Shown: positions 57,401 to 64,000 of the stretch, one piece after another | Position numbering within the stretch: position 1 is the first letter of the stretch | Layout: every line of letters begins with the position of its first letter | The notes under the pieces: generated by a model | Seen by the model: the letters and a program-made list of their open reading frames with translations, nothing else | Told to the model about the DNA's origin: nothing | Database searches by the model: none | Made by a program: the position numbers and the translations under genes | DNA from: Parcubacteria group bacterium | Lineage (GTDB): Bacteria; Patescibacteriota; Minisyncoccia; Moranbacterales; UBA2206 | Reading direction: 5' to 3' | Length of the DNA stretch: 64,000 nt | Assembly: GCA_041661275.1 (NCBI GenBank) | Contig: JBAZUU010000001.1 | Span: 101,057-165,056, forward strand

Positions 57401-57501
57401 CTATTGAAAATGGCATGCTGACGATGGCGCAAGACGGCGTTATCCGCGTCCTTGAAGGCGAAACAACACTGTCAGAAGTGGAAAGAGTTACTGATTTGTA
57501 A
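54466..57501 (+). CDS. pilB: Type II/IV secretion-system ATPase (PilB/GspE family) with tandemly duplicated ATPase modules
   Basis: T2SSE N-domain, then two complete cores each with Walker A GPTGSGKTTTLY, Asp box, Walker B, His box and tetracysteine zinc motif (CECK...CSKCNG and CDCK...CVKCNG). 1011 aa. Confidence 0.85.
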   Translation: MIKIIRKKDALEESEKAALTKKIISKFRRREEEEETSAYAASINFPYLDTNLVPISNDNLKLLTEVEAKENDLIIIQKVSRVVHAITTDPTEEKTKNFIAQLQQEKGWQMKIFVVSRSNMNIVLERYKKIIFVEILDLMSLHLSPEELAKFEEEMKDLLTLKLRINEMPVTQILNIIMAGAYKLKASDVHLEPQEKEFRLRYRIDGVLQDVAYLPLNVYKSIITRIKYMCHMKINLRDIAQDGTFEFTVPLETGEKKADTRVSVIPGNFGESAVIRILDPESIRVTVDKLGLTGLASEIMQKEILSPNGMILNTGPTGSGKTTTLYAIINTLNQPDKKIITIEDPIEYELAGISQTQIEKSRGYTFATGLRAIVRQDPDIILVGEIRDDETADIAVNSSLTGHLVLSSLHTNNAIGAIPRLIELGVKPSLMSPAINAVIGQRLVRKLCECKEAYVPATESIESIKRILSIISPKSKVEVPKNIQNLYRPKGCSKCNGIGYKGRIGIFEILTITEEIEKLILELAGETELTMTALEGGMITMLQDGIIKAVTGITSIDEVKRVTGQGEFLEIIYDKLMAATLGRSVLVSKKNFELAEKTIKDFKKFQELISKEKSTDIAKIIFAAASILGVNDIHIEPQAVLVKIRFRIDGILQDVATIPLNEYPAFLGEIKMLSGVKTEARQGVIDSRFTIKFDEEIKNAREPQTDVRVSIILGGFGETVVLRLLFKTTLEYDLKKLGIRQQNLDKIMHEIEKPNGVILNTGPTGSGKTTTLYSILQHLNNREVKIITVEDPIEYQMEGILQTPVNDKEGYTFVNALRQLLRQNPDIMMIGEIRDNETAVAAVQAALTGHLVLSTIHTNNAAGAVARMINMGVAPADIATSVNAFIAQRLVRRLCDCKKKIAPTAEEKAKIEATLKKVSPKSGVEIPKIGDIYKPGGCVKCNGIGYHGRMTVSEVFQITRDIQEMITRGAMTVELEEKAIENGMLTMAQDGVIRVLEGETTLSEVERVTDL

Positions 57502-57505
57502 TTTT

Positions 57506-57988
57506 ATGGAAACGACTAACAAATATTTTATTCCCATAAAATTAAATAAGGACATTCTTGTCACTTATCACACCTCTCCCGCTCATATCGGCCGGCTTTA
57601 TCACTCCGTTGATTTTATCGCGCCTCTTGAAACACCGATCCTGGCCGCTCTTGATGGAAAGGTTACCGCTATAAAACTTGACTCAGATATCGGAGGATCA
57701 ACAGAAGATTTTGATCAGTATGGAAATTATATTGAGATAAAGCATGCCAACGGTGAATTTTCCATGTATGAACACATGCGAAAAAATGGCGGATTGGTAA
57801 AAATCGGCGATCACGTGAAGACTGGCCAAGCCATTGGATATGTTGGTGAAACCGGCTGGATGGCTGATCTTGGGCCACATCTGCATTTTAATGTCCATAA
57901 ATATACCCGCGGCAACGGCCCGACTGATTACGAAGCATTGAAAATTCACTGGGTCACGCCACCGCCGAATAAGGAAAATATCATATAA
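57506..57988 (+). CDS. M23-family (LytM-domain) metallopeptidase
   Basis: HxxxD (YHSVD) and HLHF motif with GYVGETG in the M23 layout. Start moved to METTNKYF (ATG 57506), just after the pilB stop. Confidence 0.75.
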   Translation: METTNKYFIPIKLNKDILVTYHTSPAHIGRLYHSVDFIAPLETPILAALDGKVTAIKLDSDIGGSTEDFDQYGNYIEIKHANGEFSMYEHMRKNGGLVKIGDHVKTGQAIGYVGETGWMADLGPHLHFNVHKYTRGNGPTDYEALKIHWVTPPPNKENII

Positions 57989-57993
57989 TTACA

Positions 57994-58020
57994 AAAACGC
58001 TCTTGCAAGGGCGTTTTTTT
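57994..58020 (+). terminator. Rho-independent terminator (AAACGCTCTTGCAAGGGCGTTT plus T-run)
   Basis: Hairpin plus 7 T after the M23 peptidase gene. Confidence 0.75.
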
Positions 58021-58022
58021 AT

Positions 58023-58184
58023 CCGTCATCCCGAGCGAGTTCGACCACAGGGAGAACGAGTCGAGGGATCTACCCCTGATTACCTAAAGTTTTATTAAAT
58101 AAATTTAGCCAGTGATAATATAAAGCAGATCCCTCGACTTCATTCCTCCGACATTCGTCGGAGTCATTCCGCTCGGGATGACGG
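58023..58184. repeat. MITE-like nested-palindrome element copy (CCGTCATCCCGAGCG ... GTCGAGGGATCTAC ... CAGATCCCTCGAC ... CGCTCGGGATGACGG), longest copy
   Basis: Perfect 15-bp terminal inverted repeats and internal inverted repeat. Sandwiched between two terminators. Confidence 0.9.
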
Positions 58185-58196
58185 GAATTAAAAAAA

Positions 58197-58228
58197 GGCG
58201 GGTCGCATCGCGCCCGCCAAAAACCCAA
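58197..58228 (-). terminator. Rho-independent terminator for the minus-strand small-protein operon (GGCGGGCGCGATGCGACCCGCC plus T-run on minus)
   Basis: GC hairpin with an A-run on plus (T-run on minus), just downstream of the 58242 gene. Confidence 0.7.
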
Positions 58229-58241
58229 ACATCCTAGCCCA

Positions 58242-58439
58242 TTAGAGCTTGAGCTTCTTCAGCGCTTCTTCGCATTGTACTTGTTTTGAAATAAGAAGCG
58301 CCATTGTTCCGAAACTACAAAGAACGAATGGTAGAATCCGAATTATGGCTCCAGGTTCACCCGGATCGTATATGTATATTGTTATAATTCCCGCAAGAAT
58401 AAACAGAGTAATACCTAGAACAAAACTAAAAAATCTCAT
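58242..58439 (-). CDS. Small two-TM membrane protein (hypothetical)
   Basis: 65-aa hydrophobic ORF with RBS AAGGAGAAG 6 nt upstream. Follows a zinc-ribbon ORF. Confidence 0.45.
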   Translation of the reverse strand: MRFFSFVLGITLFILAGIITIYIYDPGEPGAIIRILPFVLCSFGTMALLISKQVQCEEALKKLKL

Positions 58440-58452
58440 TTTCTTCTCCTTT

Positions 58453-58629
58453 TCAAAAAAACTTCTTCTTTATCCATCGCCAAAATCTCCTGAAAGGATT
58501 TTCTTCCTTCTCAACACACCCCTTACAGAGATTGGCCCATTTGCCATCAACAGGATATTCGCGAAGAACTGTAAATATTTTTTTGCAATGTTCGCAAACC
58601 AAGCCTTTATACCTCGGCGCGAATTTCAT
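58453..58629 (-). CDS. Small zinc-ribbon protein (58 aa, below ORF-track cutoff): MKFAPRYKGLVCEHCKKIFTVLREYPVDGKWANLCKGCVEKEENPFRRFWRWIKKKFF
   Basis: Manual translation. CxxC ... CxxC. Stop lies 13 nt before the downstream membrane-protein ATG. Confidence 0.4.
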   Translation of the reverse strand: MKFAPRYKGLVCEHCKKIFTVLREYPVDGKWANLCKGCVEKEENPFRRFWRWIKKKFF

Positions 58630-59080
58630 TTCCCCCTCCTGTCAAAAAACTTCAACATAGCATTTTTCCGCGTTTTATCCGCGTCCTAATCAGCGACAAA
58701 TCCGCGACTTTTACACTAATCTGCAGGCAAAATCCCAAAGCTAGGCCCCGGGGGAAGGAGCAACATCGAGGTACGATCGAGCCGAAACCCAATACGCCCA
58801 TGTCTTGAAAAAAGCTCCCATATTGAGGACAAAAGATAGAAGTCCCCAATTTGCCTGCAATTTACTGCTAATCATCTGAAAACCGCTTATTTGCGAGCTT
58901 TTCGATGACTTTAGAGTGTAGCACATCTGGTAATTTTTGTCAAACAGGGGTATAATAACTGCAGACGGTAATTTTTAATTTTTAATTTTTAATTTGAAAT
59001 GAATGTAAAAATGATTAAATTTCAAATTTATTCATTTAAAATTCAATAAAAAATTTCAAATTTCAAATTTCAAATTTTCA

Positions 59081-60082
59081 GTGATAACCACTTCCCACGA
59101 GCAAATTGACGACATAAATCTGGATTCTACCCTGCGCCCCCAAACATTCAATGAATATATCGGACAGGAAAAGGTGAAGAAAAATCTGGAGATCCTGATT
59201 GGCGCGGCGCGACACAGAAAAGAACCGATTGAACATGTTCTTCTCTATGGTCCGGCAGGCTTGGGCAAAACAACACTGGCCAACATCATTGCTAAAGAAA
59301 TGGGCGTGGGGATAAAGACTACTTCCGGTCCGGCTATTGAACGCGTTGGCGATTTCGGCTCAATTTTGACTAATTTATCCGACGGCGACATTCTTTTCAT
59401 CGATGAAATTCACAGATTGAACAAGTCTATCGAAGAAATCCTCTATCCGGCCATGGAAGATTTTAAGCTGGATATCATTATTGGAAAGGGACCGAGCGCC
59501 AGAACCATTCAACTCGATTTGCCAAAATTTACCCTGATTGGCGCTACAACAAAATTAGGATCACTGTCAAATCCCCTGCGTAATCGCTTTGGAGCAGTCC
59601 ACCGCCTGGAATTTTATACCAACGGAGAAATTGAAAAAATCCTGGAACGCTCTTCCAAAATTCTCGGCACCGACGTTCACAAGTCAGGTCTCCAAAAAAT
59701 CGCGTCTTGCGCCCGGCAAACTCCAAGAGTGGCCAATAGACTTCTGAAACGGGTTCGAGATTTTGCTCAAATTCATAACCATAAAACCGTTGATGAAAAT
59801 ATCGCTCAAAAAGCCCTCGAAATGATAGATGTTGATCATATCGGCCTTGAACCGGCCGACAAGCAGATCCTAAAAACTATCATTGAAAAATTCGGTGGCG
59901 GACCGGTGGGACTGGGAACTATCGCCGCGGCAACACAAGAAGAAATAAAAACCATTGAAGATGTCTATGAACCATATCTTTTGCAGATTGGATTTCTGGC
60001 GAGAACACCGAGAGGTCGCATGGCAACGGAACTGGCCTATAACCATTTGGGAATAAAATATATTAATAACACACTTCTATGA
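59081..60082 (+). CDS. ruvB: Holliday junction ATP-dependent DNA helicase RuvB
   Basis: [18 protein letters not shown] Walker A, DEIHRL Walker B, sensor and WH domains. 333 aa. Confidence 0.92.
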   Translation: MITTSHEQIDDINLDSTLRPQTFNEYIGQEKVKKNLEILIGAARHRKEPIEHVLLYGPAGLGKTTLANIIAKEMGVGIKTTSGPAIERVGDFGSILTNLSDGDILFIDEIHRLNKSIEEILYPAMEDFKLDIIIGKGPSARTIQLDLPKFTLIGATTKLGSLSNPLRNRFGAVHRLEFYTNGEIEKILERSSKILGTDVHKSGLQKIASCARQTPRVANRLLKRVRDFAQIHNHKTVDENIAQKALEMIDVDHIGLEPADKQILKTIIEKFGGGPVGLGTIAAATQEEIKTIEDVYEPYLLQIGFLARTPRGRMATELAYNHLGIKYINNTLL

Positions 60083-60312
60083 TGACCGGACTTATTTTTC
60101 TTCTTTACGCCATAATCATTATTATGTTTGTCGTGACCTATTTTTTTATCATCTATCACCTGGTCAGATATTCCCTGAAACCATCACTCAACAATATCGT
60201 TCTCCCTATTTTTATCATCGGTTCGACCCTTCTTCTCATTTCCAACGTTGCGCTTTTTTTCTCCGTTAACTGGCAAATATTTCTCGCTAATTTTCCCATA
60301 AATTTAAGATAA
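60079..60312 (+). CDS. Small two-TM membrane protein, translationally coupled to ruvB (ATGA overlap)
   Basis: 77-aa hydrophobic ORF. Start overlaps the ruvB stop. Confidence 0.45.
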   Translation: MMTGLIFLLYAIIIIMFVVTYFFIIYHLVRYSLKPSLNNIVLPIFIIGSTLLLISNVALFFSVNWQIFLANFPINLR

Positions 60313-60314
60313 AA

Positions 60315-60905
60315 ATGAAAGATTTCACCAAATATCATTTTAAGGGTCAGGAAGACAGAGAAAAAGTTCTCCTGGTTCTTCACCGCCACTGGTTTGACAT
60401 CTTGAGCCAATTTCTGGTTATGATAGGGATGCTTTTTCTCCTTTTTGGCAGCTTTATTATCCTCCCAATTGTCTTTCCGGCCATATCCGAAGGAGCCAAT
60501 CATAATCTTTTTCTTTTTTTGGAAAATCTTTTCTTTATGCTCACTTGGATTATGCTATTCCTTATCTGGGTTGATTATTACTTTGATGTTTGGATTGTCA
60601 CCGACAACCGCATCGTAAATATCGATCAAAAGGGACTTTTTTCGCGCGAAGTGTCAGAACTGGAACTGGATAAGATCCAGGATATCACTACTGACGTTAA
60701 GGGCGTTATCCCAACTTTTCTCAATTTCGGCGATCTGCAGGTGCAAACTGCCGCCGAAGAGGAGCGCTTTCTTTTTCACAACATTCCCGATCCATATGAC
60801 GTGAAAAATATCATCATGAATCTGCACAAAAACAGCGAGAAAAAAATTGAGAATGAATTTGGCAATATGCTCAAAGAAAAAGTTCTTCATGAGGATTCTG
60901 TATAA
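60315..60905 (+). CDS. Bacterial PH-domain (bPH_2, YdbS/YdbT-like) membrane protein
   Basis: Two TM helices followed by a PH-like beta domain (WIVTDNRIVNIDQKGLFSREVSELELDKIQDI). 196 aa. Confidence 0.55.
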   Translation: MKDFTKYHFKGQEDREKVLLVLHRHWFDILSQFLVMIGMLFLLFGSFIILPIVFPAISEGANHNLFLFLENLFFMLTWIMLFLIWVDYYFDVWIVTDNRIVNIDQKGLFSREVSELELDKIQDITTDVKGVIPTFLNFGDLQVQTAAEEERFLFHNIPDPYDVKNIIMNLHKNSEKKIENEFGNMLKEKVLHEDSV

Positions 60906-60934
60906 AATTTGACTTAATCAATTCATCAAGGAGG

Positions 60935-62602
60935 GTGAAAGAAAAAAATAACATCTTCTCGTCGTTATTCTTCCTGTTGCTAACAACAGTTTTTTTCGGC
61001 TTTCCAAGCGGCAGTATAGCAGACGGTAGTGATGTAATAATAAATCAGATAATGATTGAGGATTGTGAAAATACAAAAAATGAGTTTATTGAATTATATA
61101 ATAATTCTGACAATGACATAATTTTGGATGGATACAAACTGATCAAAAAAACGAAAAGTGGAAACAAAAGTAACCTTGTTTCTTCGGAAAAATTCAAAGG
61201 TACAATCCCATCTAAGGGATATTTTCTCATCGCTCCTCAAAAATATGCTCCTGCTATAGTCGCGGATCTCCCTTACTCGGTAGCAGATGCTTCAATTGCC
61301 GACGATAGTACCATTATCCTGTATGATGATCAGACTGAAAAAAATATAGTGGATATGGTTGATTATGGAGCAGTAATCGACATTAATTTCGAAACAAAAC
61401 CAACATTCAATCCGCCTAAAGGAAAAAGTATCGAAAGAAAAAATCATAAGGATACGGGCAACAATTTCGATGATTTTGTCCTGTCGGATTCCATAGCCAG
61501 AAATACAAAGTCCAAAACATCCGTTGACGGTATAAAGAATACTTCCTGCACACTTTCAGAAAACATAGATGAAAATATTTCCGTTGAATATGACAAAAAT
61601 ATTTATAAAAATATCTCTGCCGATTTTGACGTTGATTATATCGGATCGACTGATGCTACAAAATACACCTGGACTTTTGGCGACGGCCACAAAAGTTATC
61701 TGCAAAAAACTACTCACAAATACGAAGAGGCTGGAACATATGCAGCTAGCATAACTATCCGCGGCGATAAAGATGCTAAGAAAAATTTTGAAGTGGAAGT
61801 GGAAGAATATGAAGCGCCAAAAGTGAGAATTATCCGCCTTTCTCCCAATCCTAAGGGGGTCGACACAAAAAATGAGTGGATTGAAATTCAAAATGATTCC
61901 AAGAAAAAAATTGATATGATCGACTGGACAATCGCTACTGGCTGGGACAAACTAATTAATCACAAAATTACCAAAAAATTTGTCATTAAATCCAAAAAAA
62001 GCGCCAAAATCACCAGCAAGTATTGCGCTTTTACGCTTAACAACATCAAAAACAAAATTGAGCTGCGCGATCCGACCGGCGAAACGGTGCAGAAAATAAA
62101 ATACAACCGGAAAAAAGATAAAATTGAAGATGATGAAATTTTTGCGATATCTGGAAAAAATTGGGAATGGAATAAACCGATGAATAATAGCGCGCCGGAA
62201 GAAAATAATACGGAATTAAATTCTGACAACAATATTCCCCCTCTCCCCTCGGGAGAGGATGTCCGCCAAAATTTTTCTGAAAATTTAGAGCGGACAGGAG
62301 AGGGCTCTAAAGAGAATACGGGAGATATAATTATTATTCCTCAATCTGAAATAGATTCCGGCATCGGAAAAGCTACGCCAGATATTTCCTGGCAAAACAA
62401 AAAGGATAATCGGATAATTCTTATCGGTTACGGCACAACCATTAATACGCCAGTAAATTTATTAAATATTCCCCACGGCCAAGTTCTGGGCGCATCAGAC
62501 GAAAAATATTTCCCACCCGAAAAACATTGGGCAGTTTCGCTATTTGATAATTCAGTCAGAAAAATAAATTTTGGTTTGAATTGGGTTTTGAGTAGGATAT
62601 AA
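60935..62602 (+). CDS. Secreted protein with two lamin-tail domains (LTD) flanking a PKD-like domain; start codon and true C-terminus uncertain
   Basis: Signal peptide. LTD-like DVIINQIMIEDCE...EFIELYN and KVRIIRLSPNPKG...EWIEIQN. PKD-like WTFGDGHKSY...GTYAASITI. The 3' third contains a GC-rich hairpin repeat (62233-62300). Confidence 0.55.
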   Translation: MKEKNNIFSSLFFLLLTTVFFGFPSGSIADGSDVIINQIMIEDCENTKNEFIELYNNSDNDIILDGYKLIKKTKSGNKSNLVSSEKFKGTIPSKGYFLIAPQKYAPAIVADLPYSVADASIADDSTIILYDDQTEKNIVDMVDYGAVIDINFETKPTFNPPKGKSIERKNHKDTGNNFDDFVLSDSIARNTKSKTSVDGIKNTSCTLSENIDENISVEYDKNIYKNISADFDVDYIGSTDATKYTWTFGDGHKSYLQKTTHKYEEAGTYAASITIRGDKDAKKNFEVEVEEYEAPKVRIIRLSPNPKGVDTKNEWIEIQNDSKKKIDMIDWTIATGWDKLINHKITKKFVIKSKKSAKITSKYCAFTLNNIKNKIELRDPTGETVQKIKYNRKKDKIEDDEIFAISGKNWEWNKPMNNSAPEENNTELNSDNNIPPLPSGEDVRQNFSENLERTGEGSKENTGDIIIIPQSEIDSGIGKATPDISWQNKKDNRIILIGYGTTINTPVNLLNIPHGQVLGASDEKYFPPEKHWAVSLFDNSVRKINFGLNWVLSRI

Positions 62603-62644
62603 AAAAATTTGGACATCCCAGTTTGGGATATCCAAATTAAATCC

Positions 62645-63106
62645 TTAAAAAAGTTTCTTTTGCGGGTCAGTCCTCTCTAAATGTTTTCTGACTTTCGAAA
62701 GAAATTCTTCCGAAGTCACAAGCGCGCTCCTTGCCTCCTCCTTACTAACCGGAGTCATAGGATCATAAGTAAATTTATTGCGTTTTTTGCGCATCTTATC
62801 AAAGATTTTTATCAATGAGTTAAATTTATCCCCCAATATCATACCGGACACTTCCACTGTGGTTTTATGTTGTTGCCCGTCATCCGGCCGCAAGCCATGA
62901 AGAAATATTATAGCTCTGGCAATTTTCAACATGCCTGTATAAGCCATGGCATAACAAGTTTCTTCATCGATAGCCAGGGTTTTTCTGGCAGCCGACAAAT
63001 TCTTTTCGGCACTTCTCATTAATGCTCTGACTTGATCAAGCCCGATACGCTCTCTCTTCAGAAACCCTTTTTGCACAAGCTTATTGAAGTAATTTTCTAA
63101 ATTCAT
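62645..63106 (-). CDS. HEPN-domain protein (toxin component of a HEPN/MNT pair)
   Basis: All-helical 153-aa protein with HEPN-like organisation. Overlaps the upstream MNT gene by 26 nt. Confidence 0.55.
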   Translation of the reverse strand: MNLENYFNKLVQKGFLKRERIGLDQVRALMRSAEKNLSAARKTLAIDEETCYAMAYTGMLKIARAIIFLHGLRPDDGQQHKTTVEVSGMILGDKFNSLIKIFDKMRKKRNKFTYDPMTPVSKEEARSALVTSEEFLSKVRKHLERTDPQKKLF

Positions 63107-63659
63107 TTTTATTTTTGGTTAATAATATATATTTTTTTGTTACATTTTGCAGAAATGAATCCTTTTTGATTTTTTTTAGAAACTCTGCCACTCCCCAAAT
63201 ATGATAGTTGATTTCCCGATCAATTTCTTTTTCTATTTTTGATATTTTAGCTATCAACTCATCTTCGTCGGGATTTCCAATAATGAACAGATCCACATCA
63301 GAATTTCCTCCAAAGTCTCCTTTGGCGTATGATCCGAAGATAAAAGCGAATTCGATATTAGATATTTTTTTCACTACCGATTCCAGCCCCGCCTCGATAC
63401 CAATAGTTTTCCTGACAATATTTTGCACATCAAAGAAAATCGGATCTTGTTTATTGGCAAAATAATAGCGTCGGCTGGCGACCATTTCCGATTTGATTAT
63501 TCCAGTTTTCAGCATTTTCTCCAGCTCTCGTTGAGCTGTTCCAGGAGACGCCGCAACTATTCTGGCTATTTCACTTAGATAAAATTTCTTATCCTCATTG
63601 GAAAACAGGAGTTTCGCAATACCTTGTCGGGTTTTTGATTTGAAAAATAGGTTTAACAT
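63081..63659 (-). CDS. Minimal nucleotidyltransferase (MNT) with N-terminal wHTH; antitoxin partner of HEPN
   Basis: GSxxxGxxxxxSDxD motif FIFGSYAKGDFGGNSDVDLFII. N-terminal HTH (LSEIARIVAASPGTAQRELEKM). 192 aa. Confidence 0.7.
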   Translation of the reverse strand: MLNLFFKSKTRQGIAKLLFSNEDKKFYLSEIARIVAASPGTAQRELEKMLKTGIIKSEMVASRRYYFANKQDPIFFDVQNIVRKTIGIEAGLESVVKKISNIEFAFIFGSYAKGDFGGNSDVDLFIIGNPDEDELIAKISKIEKEIDREINYHIWGVAEFLKKIKKDSFLQNVTKKYILLTKNKNEFRKLLQ

Positions 63660-63800
63660 ATCTTTATCTTAGCACATACTCTATTTTGAGTAAATACTTA
63701 CTCATAATAGAGTAATGAGTTTTCTTCGTAAAGAAACAAAAAAAGGAAGCGCCCGCGATGGAACGCTTCCTGTCTAAAATACTTCTTTTATCTAAAAAGG

Positions 63801-63980
63801 TTAACGGGGATTTTTCTTTTTCACAAATCTGTCCCAAAGAGGTATAGCGCCCATAAAAAACATTACAAGCCCATATACCCAAAGAGGAATTCCGAACACA
63901 TCTTCTACCGGGTAAGCGCTACTTCTGCCTGCCCAAATCAACACAATTCCGGTAATAATTTCAAGGTAATAAATAAGCAT
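63801..63980 (-). CDS. Small two-TM membrane protein (59 aa, hypothetical; below track cutoff)
   Basis: Manual translation MLIYYLEIITGIVLIWAGRSSAYPVEDVFGIPLWVYGLVMFFMGAIPLWDRFVKKKNPR. The overlapping 72-aa track ORF looks spurious. Confidence 0.3.
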   Translation of the reverse strand: MLIYYLEIITGIVLIWAGRSSAYPVEDVFGIPLWVYGLVMFFMGAIPLWDRFVKKKNPR

Positions 63981-64000
63981 AGCAAATCTCCCTCATCTAA

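Noticed and set aside
28024-59080. CRISPR array
   Set aside because: The AT-rich repeats at 28024-28090, 30250-30340, 32850-32960, 41215-41340 and 58960-59080 are short, low-complexity and irregularly spaced, without unique spacers. There are no cas genes in the window.
63664-63882. 72-aa minus-strand ORF at the window end
   Set aside because: It has no RBS or motif. It overlaps a better small membrane-protein ORF (63801-63980) in another frame.

Overview
This is an AT-rich, gene-dense bacterial chromosome segment. Compact spacers, many small secreted or membrane hypothetical proteins and a Gram-positive-like envelope toolkit (sortase plus LPxTG substrate, FemAB-family enzyme, MurE-like ligase) are consistent with a small-genome Patescibacteria/CPR-type organism; this is inference.

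Housekeeping genes identified from motifs:
- Replication and repair: dnaG-rpoD operon, ruvA, ruvB, fpg, polA, holA, a DinD-like protein.
- RNA, translation and metabolism: DEAD-box helicase, cspA, rsgA, rpsT, tsaE, pyk, a cyclophilin PPIase, a degenerate DHH phosphoesterase.
- Envelope and stress: htpX-lemA pair, a tandemly duplicated PilB/GspE ATPase, an M23 peptidase.
- RNA genes: tRNA-Ser(GGA) and tRNA-Gly(CCC).

Accessory content:
- A Fic-like protein with an H-to-Q catalytic substitution, followed by a C39-like peptidase.
- A roughly 1.9 kb cassette bracketed by two copies of a 105-bp repeat, carrying an HTH-Doc toxin-antitoxin pair; an AbrB-like small gene and an HATPase_c_4 protein lie just outside it.
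- A csoR / cupredoxin membrane protein / copA copper operon and a HEPN-MNT pair.
- A helicase fused to sigma-70 region 4, next to a B12-radical SAM gene and a TrmB regulator.

Non-coding highlights:
- A 1.1-kb ORF-free, GC-rich, hairpin-dense region (37200-38300) at a divergent strand switch, followed by a perfect sigma-70 promoter and a phage-like ORF6N gene. It is a candidate large structured RNA and the most interesting feature.
- A four-copy MITE-like nested-palindrome element (about 130-160 bp; terminal inverted repeats CCGTCATCCCGAGCG / CGCTCGGGATGACGG).
- Several smaller repeat families, some embedded in coding sequence.

All calls are by eye from the sequence and ORF track; no database searches were run.
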